Assembly: GCA_964057225.1 (NCBI GenBank)
Contig: OZ059898.1
Span: 5,394,001 to 5,458,000, forward strand
Length of the DNA: 64,000 bases
Source: Auanema rhodensis
Taxonomy: Eukaryota; Animalia; Nematoda
Direction: 5' to 3'
Below are positions 23,927-37,619 of the stretch, in pieces (the first letter of the stretch is position 1; each line of letters starts with the position of its first letter). Made by a program: the position numbers and the translations under genes. The notes beneath the pieces are model-generated. The model did no database searches. It worked only from the letters and a program-made list of their open reading frames with translations, and was not told the origin of the DNA.

Positions 23927-26900
23927 GAAAAACTTTGTTTGAAAAGTGATTCGAAGAAAAAAATTGAAATCTGATAATTCTGAGAGCAATGATGAGTAAA
24001 ATTTATTTTGTTGTTTATCTAGTAGAGTAACTAAAATGAAATAAAATAAACAATTCATAGATGTTCAGATTGATTAAGATTCAATATATCAAAAAGAAGA
24101 AAAGATAATAAAAACATGTTTAGTTTAGTTCAACAAAAAAAAAATTTAACAAGGAAAATATAACGATGAAGCTATTTTTGTTGCCTTGTCTTGACAAATA
24201 TTCTTACGAACTGAAGACATTGAATATTTCTTGCAACATGTATATGTTAACACATTCTTTCATTTTAAAATATTCTGGTGACTACTGAACTTGAAGTTTC
24301 TTTTCCTTTCTTTCCTTTTCTTCCGTAAAAAAATTCAAAAGATCAGGTTTCCTGTTGTTTCAGCTGTCTAATCCTAGCAGCTCCAATACTCATCTTTGCA
24401 TCCACTATGCTCCTTCTACTACTACTACGCATCTTTATCTCCTTTTTTTGTTTTTTTTTTAAGTTTCGAGACAACACAGTAAGCCATACTCTTGAAAGCC
24501 GACAAACCGTGATAGGAAATGACAAGTTGTTATTTTTTATTTCATCTTTCTTTTTCTATTTTTTAGACGAATGCTCTCATCAATTTTTCTACTCATTCGC
24601 TTTCTCTCTATATCTTTTTTTCCTTTTGTTCTCCGATTTTTTCACTATCTCTCTATTTTTATATCTCTGTCTACCTCTCTACCTCTCAATCCATTTCTCT
24701 CTCTCTACCTCTATCTTTTTCTATCTTCGTCTATTCTATTGCTCTTGACATTTTCATTCGCTTTTTTGTAGATAACATTAGATATATTGATATGAATATA
24801 GAAATATTCTTTGTTTTCAACATCCGTACACCCTTTAGAGATCCAGTTCATCACCTTTTCTCCCACAACTTAGCTTTTGAATATTTCACTTAATATTATA
24901 TATACATATGTATGTATATATAATAAATTCATAAATTTTAATAAAAAAAAGAAAAGCTAGAGAAAAATGAAACAAAAATATATAAAAACGTACATGAAAA
25001 TACAATAAACTTTAAACTATAATCTAATTGGTTAGATTTTTGTGAGAAAGTATGCTGAAACTTCACTAGAAAGTGCTGTGAAGTGTTGTAAATTTCATCA
25101 ATGGAAATTGAGGAAATTCAGGAAATGAGTAGCCGTCAAATACATTCAAATCTTGAAATAAAGATAGTGAAAAGAGAGTATAAGTCTTTCTAGTTGACTT
25201 AACTGACATTCTCTTATCGAGACTCAATATAGAAAGCCGGCTACATGCATATTTATGAATAAGATATTACAATTGTGACAAATTCAGGTGTCCCTTTTAT
25301 TGAAAAAAAAATAGTTTTTTTTCTCAAACTATATCTTATATAGAAGAAAAAATAGAAATAATAAAGAAAAAACGTATGTAAGCCATATGAATGCCAGCAA
25401 TTCGAAGCATTCATCAATCAAATACATATGTATTTCTTTAAAAGAGAGAAAGAGAGAAAAGGAAAAATGAAAAATTTATTATAAAATTATAAGAAAACTT
25501 TTGGAAAAATATCTATACTACACACATAAGTTAGAAGCTTATAACTTTTTTTTAATATAATTCATATTAATTTTTATGATTTTCTTTTAATTATTGAATA
25601 AAATCAGTTGTTCAATGATTATTATCGAAAAGCAAATGATATTATGTTTGCATGAAAATTAATAAAAGAAAACTAATCATGTGACACAGTTACTCCATAT
25701 ACAAACTATTCTTATAACAGTCAAGTTTGTTCAGATAATCTATATGGAGAGATGGAAGGTGAGAGAGCATAGTAGTACTGTTTGAAATACGGATTAAAAA
25801 GTTCAAAATTCTTGTTTTTTGGTGTATAAACCAAATATGACATATTATTTCTGAATTAAAGAAGCAAATAATGTATGGAAAATGAAATTATTATTATAAG
25901 ATAATCAAACTGAACAAACTAAATGTAAAGTAATATCTTTATAGATCATATAATCATATAGTAGTATATTAATATATGTTTATTCATAATTAAAGTCAAA
26001 TAGGGGATATACAATGAATAGGTTGAATAAGTTAAAATTGAGAAAAATGTGCATGCCTTTGTGGCTTGTACATGAAACAAGAACGGATATAGGATGGGGC
26101 AACAATCAAGTTGATGGAGCTGCAACAGCTTAAGCATTGTGCATGGCTTGTGATCGGCTGCAAGTGGTCCTTTTCTTTTTCTCTATGTCTTTCTCTCTGT
26201 TTCTCATTCTGATGCTCTCTTGTTCCTCATATCTCTCTAGAATTTGCTCTTTTTCTATCAATGTCTACTTCTCCTCTATTCTTTCGCATATAACCACGTC
26301 CTCTCGTGTATGTGGATCGATAAGCCTAGAGGCTTCATCTTTCTAGGTCCTAAGGCCCCTCTGCGATCATGCCTGTTGTTGCTAGTGTTTGGTGCGCTTA
26401 GTGGTGATGCTGTCGGTGCCGCTACAACTACTGCAGCTCCTCTTCGTACTCTCTCTCTCTCTTCCTCTTATCTTGAACACTACATCCTGTCCTTTGAGTT
26501 ACTCTACTTCCACGTCTCGAGGGGTTATTCGGTTTTGAACTTGAGGTAGTAGAACTCGCGTTTTGATATCTATGCTTAAGAAAGAAAAATGAGAAGAATG
26601 ATGTTTGTTAGCAGAATAGAACTCAAAACAGAAAACATACTAATTTTCAACATGCTCATATTTGGAAATATCTTTCATGGTCGTTAGGGAAAGAAGAAGA
26701 AGAGAAGAAAAGATTCGGATCAAATGGAGAGAAAGAGGGAAAGAGAGAACGAGAGAACGGAGAGAGAGAGAGAGAGAGGGAGAGAGAGAGAAAGAACGTA
26801 GAAGCTAGGGGGAGATACACAGAGCATGTATGTATGTACGTATGTATGCATATAGAGATAGATCAATGAATAGTTAGCAATACAGAGGACAGAAGAAATA

Positions 26901-28910
26901 TAGAAGTGAGAAAGAGAGAGGGAGACAAAAAGAGAGAAAGAGATAAAATACAATAATTATCCATTCTCTAACCTCCTAATTTTTCCTATTTTCTCTATAT
27001 TCACCTGTTTTCAGTTATATTGTGGCTTAATCAAATACATGACCTTTCGATTGATCGCTCACACATATGTATGTATACGTGACCTTATAATGTTGATTTA
27101 AAGTAGAAGCATGTTTAATTTTCTATTTTTGTAATTTATTTTCTATTTTATCTCATTTTCTTATTTCAAATATATTTCTATTTCCTTATTGTCTTTGATC
27201 TATGCTCAAGTTATATCCTTTTCTTAATCTTGCTTAACATACATTTTTGTTCTTCAATCTTCTGTACATTTAGTTTTGAACCGTTTGTGACCTTAAAAAA
27301 GCTTCATTCCCTTGAACGTTCATGATATATGCTTGAAGTAAGTGAAACAAATTGTTTTTTTCTAAGATTTACCACATTTTTTAATTTTTACTATGTATAA
27401 TATAAGTTTAAACAGCCTAAAAAATTATAATTAATCTTAAAATAATATCTCAAAAATTAAATTAAAAATTAAGAATATCATATCGTTCGATTGTTATAAA
27501 TATGAAAATTATGAAGATTTACAATAATTTTATAAAATTAATTATATTAATTACCCAAAATTATTTTTTTTCAAAGATTATTTAACTTGCATGAATTCAA
27601 AAAAAATATTTGATTGTTAGTTATTTAAAATATCTTAACTAGTTTCGAAGTTGCTCAAAAACAATGCTGAAAAAAATTGAAAGAGAATACGATATTCTCA
27701 ATTTATTAAAATTTATAAAACGGAATAGACTTTACCATATTTTCCCATTTAATTTTTATGAAAAAAACTAATTTTCATAAAAGTTTGAAACATTAAAATT
27801 TCTTTAATTAAAAAAGGAATGAATTTTCTAATTTAATTTAACATTTAACATCAACATTTGGTTTATAATCATTCTCTATCCCTTTACAATATTTTTTTTT
27901 GAAATCCCATTGTTTCTGATATCATATGGCTGGCTATATTACACGTATGATTCGAATTTCAGTACTATGAAAGTCGATAATAGCTTAATCACATGAAATA
28001 TAAAAAAATCATATGAATCATCTTTCTATAATTCTTTTTTTTGTAGTATGGTAAACACAAACGAATGATTAAGTCAGACACAGAACATTCAAATAATAGT
28101 TTGTTCCTTTATCTTATCATTAGATGCTTCTTGTATTCTTGTCTGTGAGTGTGCTACTATTACATACAAATTTGAATCAGTACTGCATACAACAATTGTA
28201 CCGGAAATGACATCACGGTATGGATTGAAATAAGCAGAAAGAAGAGGAAATGAATGAAGGGAATAAAGAAGAACGAGAGAAAAAGAGAGAAAGAGAGAGA
28301 GCAAAAGAGGGAGAGAGAAAGAGGGAAAGAGAAAGAGAGAAAGAGAATAAAAAGAGAGAAAAATATGTAGAAGTGATGATGAGTATCATAGATGAAAAAG
28401 AACTGTTGGACAGAGAAGAGAAAGGGAAGAGGACTAGGGAGTAGAGAAAGTATTGAGTTTGGATTGAAGGGACAACTTCACAGTATTTGCTGTGTTCGTC
28501 ATCTATCCCTTCTCTTTATCTTTCTCTGATTCTCTTATTTTATTATTATCTGTTAAACGTTTTCCCGCTATAGTTCCTTTACTACAACCTGCTATGTACC
28601 ATCCTATGCCTCATTCTGTCCTATCCAAACTATGCTTACTCTCACATTTCTCGTACTTCTTCTCTTTAATAGTACTTTCTCCAAATCATTTTTATTAACT
28701 ATAACATGTTAATTCAAAATAATATTTTATTCATTCACTGTTATATCCTTTGCTCATGCTTTTCATATTTCCTTTTGTATTGAGAACAAATTAAAAATTT
28801 TCGTTTTGCCTCACGTCCACTAGTCATGTTCACATCTATCTATCGACCAAACCCAAAATCTCTTGTTCTTTCTCTCCATTTCAACCGATCTCTCTAATTT
28901 TCATTCGCAG

Positions 28911-28992
28911 ATTTTTTGCCATTTTGTGACTCTCGAGTTAATTTTCTCGTATTTCCTTTGTGACCTGTTGTTCTCAATAACATAAACAGCTG
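28911..28992 (+). other. Candidate non-coding 5' UTR exon, probably of the carboxylesterase
   Basis: Bounded by a pyrimidine tract with TTCGCAG acceptor (28910) and a strong CTG|GTAAGA donor (28993). It contains no ATG. A plausible partner acceptor (TATAG, 30285) lies 1 nt before the esterase ATG. Confidence 0.45.
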
Positions 28993-30286
28993 GTAAGAAT
29001 CTAATGTCAGTTCTATTCTATTATGCTTCGTTTTTTGTATTTATTTAAAAAAAAGTTTTATTATAGAATAGATTCATACAATTATTATAACAAACTTGTT
29101 ATAAATTTTATAGTTAAATACATATATATACTTTACTTATCTATGTATCTATACAAAAAGTTCAAAACTTTTTTTTTCTTTTCATTCTACAATGGATTTA
29201 GTATTATAATTTATTTTATCAATAGATTATTGTACGAAGAGCGTGAAGTACACATACATCATATGAATAGGGAAACAGATGGGAGGACGGGAGTGGGAGG
29301 GGCACGTGCTTCATATGCAACAAACGCCTCAAGGCTCATTATCATTTCAACAAATCAAATTTACCAAAATCTGAAAAAGCTTATCTGATTTTGAAATGAC
29401 CTTCTTCATGTTTTCTATTACCTAAGATATTTACTTGAAAATATAGTAGAAATTTTTTTTTCTTCATATAAACTAAAAAATTAGATTGAAAATTGATCAA
29501 TGATACCATTTTATATATAAATTGTCTGATTATTTGTATTTTTTCTAATGTAAAAAACGCATCTTATCACAAAAATTGTTTCGCTGTTTGCCTTCTTTTG
29601 ATGAAAAAGGCATAATTACTTCACAATACTTGGAAAGTTAATACTATTATTCATATAGTTAACATAATTTAAATTAATTTTCATTCTTCTCTTCATATTT
29701 GAATGTTTTTTTATTTCTTTTTCATTAAAATTTTTTTAAAAACTTATAATGTTTAAGAGGTTTTATATTATTATCTCAGATTAAATCATCTTATTCATAT
29801 CAATACACTATTATTAATTTTATTCCAATATAAAAGCTTTTATTTTTATTTTTTCCTTAAAAAAACGAAGTACTTCTCACTTATATTCGCATGAAATTAA
29901 AGTTATTACTTTCTTTCATCGTTTCTATCGTCCTTCACTTCATAATAATGACTTCATGCTCGACTTCTTCATTTCAATTCGCCGTTCAAAAACTATTTTT
30001 ATCGGAGATTTTCATTATATATAATACACATGTATTTAGTTTTATTAACAATAGAAAACTATTATTTGTTACTGTTCTAGCTTGTTATTCTCGAAATTGC
30101 TATTGTTGTTTTCATAACATTTCAATTTTTAACCTATAAATATAAAAATATCTTCCTTCTTCTTCCTTCAAAGATTTGTTTTTAGATTTGATCAACTTTT
30201 ACTTATCTATTTTTATATTTTTCATATAGTTAACAATAGGTATATATATATATTAAATTATTATTGATGTTCAAATCAATTATAGA

Positions 30287-32665
30287 ATGGGAAATATTGT
30301 ACCATCATTCTCTGAAGCTTGTCCTGAGTCACGACAAGTTAATACCAAGTATGGTCCGATTATGGGACGTCGACTAATACATGATGGCGAAAAAATGGTC
30401 AGTAAGAAAGCTGTTTTCAATTTCAAAATGGCGATTTTCTATCTTTTCAAGAAAAAACTGTGAAATTTAAAATATTTTTAGGTTGATGCCTTTCAAGGAA
30501 TTCCATATGCAGCTCCTCCAATTGGCGATTTACGATTCAGGGTAAGCAAAAATAGAATATAAATAAGATAATTTGAAACTAAGAGTTGTATACTGAATTT
30601 TTAATTATGAGAAATGTAAATAATTAACTTTAATTCCAGCGCCCTCGTCCTCCCGAGCCATGGACAGCCGTGAAAGAAACTAAAGCTTTTGGTGCGCGAA
30701 GCATTCAAAAAGATTTCATACCATTAAGTCGTCTGAAGGTCAATATAGACATAATAATGAACTTTCACCAACAATTATAATTATTTCCAGTTGGGACCAA
30801 CATCAGAGGATTGTTTAACGTTGAATGTATTCACTCCGGTATGGAACCCAACAATATCATCAGGATTTCCGGTTCTTGTATATATTCACGGTGGAGGATT
30901 TGTTATGGACAGTTGTGTTAAATATGGAGATATTGGAATATGCAAAAATATGGTTTATATAAAATATAATTTATTAATTATAATTAATCTAAATTAGGTA
31001 ATGAAAGATATGGTTGTTGTAACTATTCAATATCGGCTGGGATATCTTGGCTTCTTTACTACTGGAGATGATGTATGTCCAGGAAACAATGCTTTATGGG
31101 ATATGAAATTAGCGCTTGAGTGGGTTAAAGTAAGTTGTTATTGTAAAAATTAATAAATTTTATTGATTTGTTATAGGAAAATATTGAAGCTTTTAGTGGA
31201 GATCCTGGTAATATTACTATCATGGGTCAGAGTGCTGGAGGCGATTTTGTAGATCTTCTCTCATTATCGCCAGAAACAAGAGGTATAAAATAAAATTATT
31301 TTTTATATATTTTTTTTTTATTCTAATTAAATTATAAATTTTACTCAGCTATTTTGTTTCAGACCTGTTTCATAAAGTCATTCCTATGGCTGGTAATGCT
31401 AGCGCTGACTGGTCTTTGTGTACATTCGCTTCTGAAACTTGCCGCAAATTTGCTGCCAAGCATGGTGTGCTAAACTATTATGACTCTGAAAAAGTAGAAA
31501 AATCAAATGAATATGATTTTCAAAAAGAATTATTTTAGTTTCTCGACGAACTACGTAAATTACCTGCTAATACATTTGGTTTAACAATGGAGTTAAGTGA
31601 TGATTGGGTACCCCCGGTTGGACCTCGCCTAGATGGCTACTTCTTTCCAAAACCTGTATGTTTTATTCTGAAACCTTTGATGAACATAAGATAAGAAAAA
31701 TATTATTAAATTCTTGCAATGTTTTAGCTTGATGAACTTAGAAAAGAAGCTCCTAAGAAACCACGTATGGTGGGATGTTGTCGATCAGAAGGAATATTTT
31801 TCCGTAAGGCTTTCATTAAACTTTATAATAATTATTTATTATGATTAATAGTATTAACTGCAACTCATATTGGATTAAATCGATTGGAAGATTTAGTTGG
31901 AGAAATCATAGCTGAAAAAGATTTTCCTGAAGATTTTAAACAACGCAGAAAAGAATATCTAGATAAAATCGTTAAGATAGATAACAGAACAAATCTAACC
32001 CAAGATGAGATTAAAAGAGCTGTAGGAGAGGTATTTCTTATAAACAAAATATGAGAAAATAACAACTTTTTTAGGGATATGGTGATCGTTTTTTGAATGT
32101 AGCTTGTCAAAAATCAGTGGTTCAATGGCTAGAACAAGGATCTCCTGTATATTTTTACTCATATGACTATTATAATCCAAAAATGTGGGGTGTTATTGGA
32201 TTAAAAATGCCATATAAAGGTAAAATATAATATTTTATTATAATTATTATAAATGTTAACATTAGATTCAACTCATTGTACTGAGATAGCATTCTTGTTC
32301 GCTGTTGGTTTGGTCTCAAATTTTGACTATACTGCTGATGATATGAAAATGCTGGATATGACAACTACTTTATGGACTAATTTCTGCAAATATGGGTAAT
32401 AAATTGAAATATTTAGAAATTGCAAGAAAACATATATTTCAGGGATCCAAACGGAGTAGAAGGTTCTATTCTTGGAGATGAGAAATGGCTTCCAGCCACA
32501 TTAGAACATCCTCAACGTCATTTGGAAATTAATTTACAAAGCAAAATGAATGAAACATATAAGGTATAAATTAAAAAATTTATTGTTTGTAAACAAAAAT
32601 TTTAGAATGGAAGACCAATGCTTTTACTTAGCTATGAGGGACAAAAGAAAAATGCCATTGAATGA
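30287..32665 (+). CDS. Type-B carboxylesterase (COesterase, alpha/beta hydrolase; nematode cest family), ~542 aa
   Basis: 14 exons: 30287-30397, 30482-30541, 30640-30738, 30791-30952, 30998-31129, 31177-31282, 31363-31493, 31539-31655, 31728-31803, 31852-32030, 32075-32219, 32266-32395, 32443-32563 and 32606-32665 (1629 nt). Motifs: [43 protein letters not shown] (catalytic Ser), GCCRSEG (Glu), STHCTE (His) and [17 protein letters not shown] at 32675-32680. Confidence 0.96.
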
Positions 32666-33126
32666 TTTTGCCATAATAAACTTTAGAATACATATACTAT
32701 ACATATGTATTTCTAATTTCTCATAATATACATAGTCAAATAACGTGTTTTATATATCAAATTTATATATATTATATATATACTATATATATACTATATA
32801 TGTATTTATATTTTTATTTAAAATTTATATTTATGTGCTATTTTAGGTACAAAGAAAACTGTAAAAATCATTTTTTTCCCTTTCCAAAAATCTTTCCTTT
32901 AGAGCCATGGCAATTTATTCTCATTTTTATTTTTTTTTAATTCCAATTATTATTATTATTATATAAATCTCTCTATACATATGCTTTTAATTTATCATTT
33001 ATTATTGTGTATTATGCTAATCATATCTCTAAATAAACTTTTTAAAAGCTTTTTTATTTTTTGTTTTTGTTTTACAAATTTATAAAATATAAAGAAAATA
33101 TATAAATATGAAATTAATGTATTTCA

Positions 33127-33372
33127 TTAATTCTCATTTGTAGAATCTGAAGTATCTAAAGGAACATGTGTAGTTGGTAGTATATGAACCAATTTATCTA
33201 TACTCAGCTCATGTGGAATTGGAAGATTCGTCGAATTATATTCCAAGTTTTCATCATTTTTCCGTATATATTGATTACTTTTTTCTTGTGTTGTTGGATT
33301 GGATGAAGATACAAGTTGGGAATATTGAAGTAGAGCAGCAGCATCAAGATGATGTGTCCATTCATCAGCCAT
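33127..33372 (-). CDS. Candidate small ORF, 81 aa, unknown function (MADEWTHHLDAAALLQYSQLV...)
   Basis: GC-richer open frame inside extremely AT-rich flanks, starting at a true ATG. A TTTAG acceptor lies 34 nt upstream and AATAAA about 70 nt downstream (33053-33058). No homology recognised. Confidence 0.4.
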   Translation of the reverse strand: MADEWTHHLDAAALLQYSQLVSSSNPTTQEKSNQYIRKNDENLEYNSTNLPIPHELSIDKLVHILPTTHVPLDTSDSTNEN

Positions 33373-36300
33373 AGTGAAGGTTTTTGGATTAGAGGATAAT
33401 TTTTATCTAAATTTATTTAATAATAATATTAATATAAATTACATAAATATATAATATAATATATATTTATATATAAAATTAAAAAAAAAAAAACAGAAAA
33501 AAGAAATACTATAATTGTTTTTATATATGAAATGTGTATGGTCTATTATACCATCATAACATTTGAACTAATATTGATAAGAGGAAATGTTTTATCAATA
33601 TAATAAATGATATTAACAGATAATATTTCTTGATATTTTGGAAATTAGTATACATATTTTAAAAATATTCATTTAATTGAAAATAATTTACTATATTATA
33701 CTTAAAAACTTGAAAATAATAATATAGTATAAGAAAATAATTTATGAAAATATATATACATATATAATAGTAAAGATATTTTGAAATTAAAAAAGATGAA
33801 TGAACTAATGAACTACATAATCGTAGATTTTATATTTTGTAAGAAATTAGTTAATATTTCAGATGTTTTCATCATTAACTGTTCATTTTAAAATTAATTT
33901 CATTTCTCCCTTTTTCTCATTTTTTATATTGTTTATGATTCATTTTTCTGATTTAAAAATTTAATCGAAGAAAGTTATTTTATATAATGAAGTATATTAT
34001 ATTTTTATATATTAATATATGAATATATAGGTAAAAGCTTAGGAAACATTATTATCAATTTTAGAAACATGAGTCAGATGTGAAGTAATGTGCAAAAGCT
34101 TCCATGAACTTGAATTTTTTGATAAACGTTAGTCACCTGCTGTGATTTTTGTTTCATAGTCATCTCTTTTCACATAAACGCTGTTCCATATTGAATGCAA
34201 TGATATATTCAAATAATTTTTATTACTTTCTATTCTAAATCTTCTAAATTTCAGTCAGAAAATAATGATGTTGTGGTTTTTGATGATGTTGGATTAAAAA
34301 GATTTGTTCCAATGATGTACATATTTTTAGTTTTTTCTTTCTTTTTCAAATATATGTAAAGACTATTTTAATTCAAAAAAAAAAAAGAAAAGAAAAGAAA
34401 ATTTGGTAAATTAAGGTTTTGTGTTGATGAAGATATGCTATTCCTCATCAACTTGGTTTGAATGATAAACTGACAGATGCAAACAATACAAAATGGTAAT
34501 TGGGGTTAGGAAGAAGAAGAAAAAGAAGAAAATAAATTTGTATTTATAAATGAAACATAGAAAAATTAAAAATTAAAAGTATAATTCATAGCTTTTTACT
34601 TATTTTATTTTAATTTTTCAAATAAAATATGTACATGTATGTATGCACATGATATGATATCATCCCTCTCATAAGCATTACATGTATTCCACCTACTTCA
34701 TCTTTTTTTTGTCATTTCATTCAATTTCTGAATGATTTGATCCTTGAAAAAAGATCATTATTGAAATTTAATGTTAATATTTTTACATAATTTTCTGTTG
34801 TAACGTCCAAATTTCAAATGAATTTTCTTGTCATTAATATTTGATTTCTAAAAATTGTTGCAAAAATGTTCTAATGATTTGACTCATCTATCCATTTAAA
34901 ACTTCTTTGAAATTTCAATATTTCATTCAAAATATTTTAAATTTTAAACTTATTCGGTTTAATATCAATATTAGATCAATAGAGTTAGTTATAAAAAGAG
35001 ATGAATTGGAGAAAGAATTGGGTCTATCAATAGCTAGACTGTGCAGGAGGTCTGTTTCACTATACTTCTCTAATCCGTTCATTTTTAGTTTGAAGCAACA
35101 TATGAGCTCAATATAACTTCAAATAATATTTATAATTTAACTATTTCATATTTTAATTTTTTTAATTTTCTTTACTTTTAACCAAAAAAAATTGTTTTCA
35201 AATCGGATGACATCCACTAATCATTGCCAACATTGGCGAAGAAAATCAGTGGATGCCGTGATCCTATCAAATAAGAGCATGGAGATTGTGAAGAAGATGT
35301 TTTTCCTAAAATAGTCAATCATCAAAACTGAAAAGGTTTAATCCTTCCATTAATAAAACAAATAAATGAATATATGATTAAGAAAATCTTTATAAAGCAG
35401 TTCAAATTATAATCCTGTCATATTATTAATGACCACAAAGCAAAATTATTTCCTTTTTTCTCCTTTAACTATGTGTTTTGAGCATTTTTAGCTAGTATGA
35501 ATGAAGAATCAGATGTGGGAAAATTAAAAACTCTTCTCCAATTCACTTAAAATTACATATTTTCAATGAATGAAGATTTTTTTCTTTATATAGAATATGT
35601 ATTTACAAAAAATTCTGTTATATTAAAGAGAAATGGAAGTAAATTCATTCATTCTTTCGTTTCAATTCATTCTCAAGAAACATCATCTCAATGTATTTAT
35701 CTATGGTTGTAGCTTTTGCAAGTTGCATTGATTCACAAGCTGAACTAATCTTTTCGAACTAATTGAACTTGATATAAACTTAGTACAACCTTTTACTTCA
35801 ACATAGTTTCCCCATCATCTTATTCTTTCAATTTTTATATTCTTATTAAGAGAATATATATTGTTCATAACTAAAACTTCAAATATGTAAATATGATGAG
35901 AGCTTAAGCATACTTGAACAAAGGAAAATATTTAAAAGATGATGAAAAAACTAAAATTATTTATTCTTCTACATTGTAATTATTTTTCTTCCCGTCATCT
36001 TTTTTTTTTCTTATTGAGCTGTAAAGATTCTTCTTCAATTTAAAGTTTATCTTATTCCAAAAAAGAGAAGAAAAGAAAAGGACAAAAAATTGCAGACAAG
36101 TTCCTTGTACAAAGCTAATGAGGATTATTCAGAATCAAAAAAAGTTTTAAGAATCTTTCAACTTTTACTTCAAAAGTCTATTTCTTTCTTCTTCTCTCTT
36201 TTTTTTTGTTGAAAAAATAGAAAAACAAAATAGTAAATACTAAATACAAATAAACTTTTTTTTCTTGCTGATTCAACTTTCAACTTATTTCGTTTTTTGA

Positions 36301-37588
36301 TATAAAAATAACAAAATCTAATCGAAGGATTTTATCTGTTAGCATATCTGTTATTCATATGCTTATACGACTAGTTCTACGACGAGTATTTCAGGTCTGC
36401 TTGTTGTTTTCTTGATCATCATTCTCCTATTTTTGGTTTAAGCATTTGTGTGTATGTATGTGGCTCTATTCATGTACTAGCTACATACGAGATGGAACTA
36501 TTAGAAACCAATTTTTTTAACGGCCAATCTCTTTGTCTTCAATGTTTCATTCTGAACATTAATTTTCTTTTTTTTATTGTAATTTGAAAATTATATAAAT
36601 ATATTTGATTATTAGAAATATATTAACTTCAAGTTTTTACTTTTTTTAGTTCAAACTCGTTTTCATATCTTGGATAAAGTTGGAACTAAAATAACAAAGT
36701 TGATAACATTATTGTATTGAAAACGCAATTTAATTTTCCCAGACTTTCATATACATATATGTATTTATATATATATATATATACATATATATCTATATAT
36801 ATATATATATTACTAGATATGTATTATATAATATATTTTTTTTCTTTTCCTTCCTAAATAAATAAATACCAATACAATTACTCTAAATATACATAGATGT
36901 ACGTTCATAAGATTAGATACCTATAAATCCATAGTATAGTATACCTACTCAATGGACATAATATCTCATGAATATCTGAATATTTATCATCTAAAAACCT
37001 ATTCTCTATATTCGTATTTCTCTCATTTTTATAAATTATAAGCAATATATTATAAAACTTTTTCTTTTTTTTTAATATTTATGAAACAAATTTTATAATT
37101 ATTTAACTATATATATATATATATAGATTATATCAACATTCTTTAGTCATTTTTTTTTTAAATTCTTAAATATATTCTTAAAAGGACATCTTTTTATTTT
37201 GTAGACTAACGAAGAAGACATGCATCTGCTTCCTCTGCCATATCTTTTTTTTTCAACAAGACAACATAAAAATTAATTGAATCTCATCATTAAATCATTA
37301 AAAAAATCCTATATTTCAAAAGTATTTTTTTCATTCAACTCTAGTATATCACATAACTTTCATACAATGATAGTTAGTTTCTTTTATTTTTATTGACTTG
37401 CTCTTTTTGAAATTATTTTGATTTTTAACCATTAACCATCAAATAAATTTTATATTTATTCATAAAGTACCAAATCTAATATTCTTCATCCATTTATTCA
37501 AACTTTTTAAAAATTCATTCAAATATTTGTAAATAAAATAAAGGAAAGATCTCCACATCTTAAAAGTTGGATCTTGAAATATTTTTCC

Positions 37589-37589
<1 letters not shown>

Positions 37590-37619
<30 letters not shown>
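37590..37619. repeat. (ATC)10 microsatellite
   Basis: Directly visible; it produces the poly-Met artefact ORF. Confidence 0.95.

Noticed and set aside
27547-27558. 12-nt match to the SL1 leader (TTAATTACCCAA)
   Set aside because: The match is AT-rich and lacks the rest of the leader, the splice donor and the SL RNA stem-loops.
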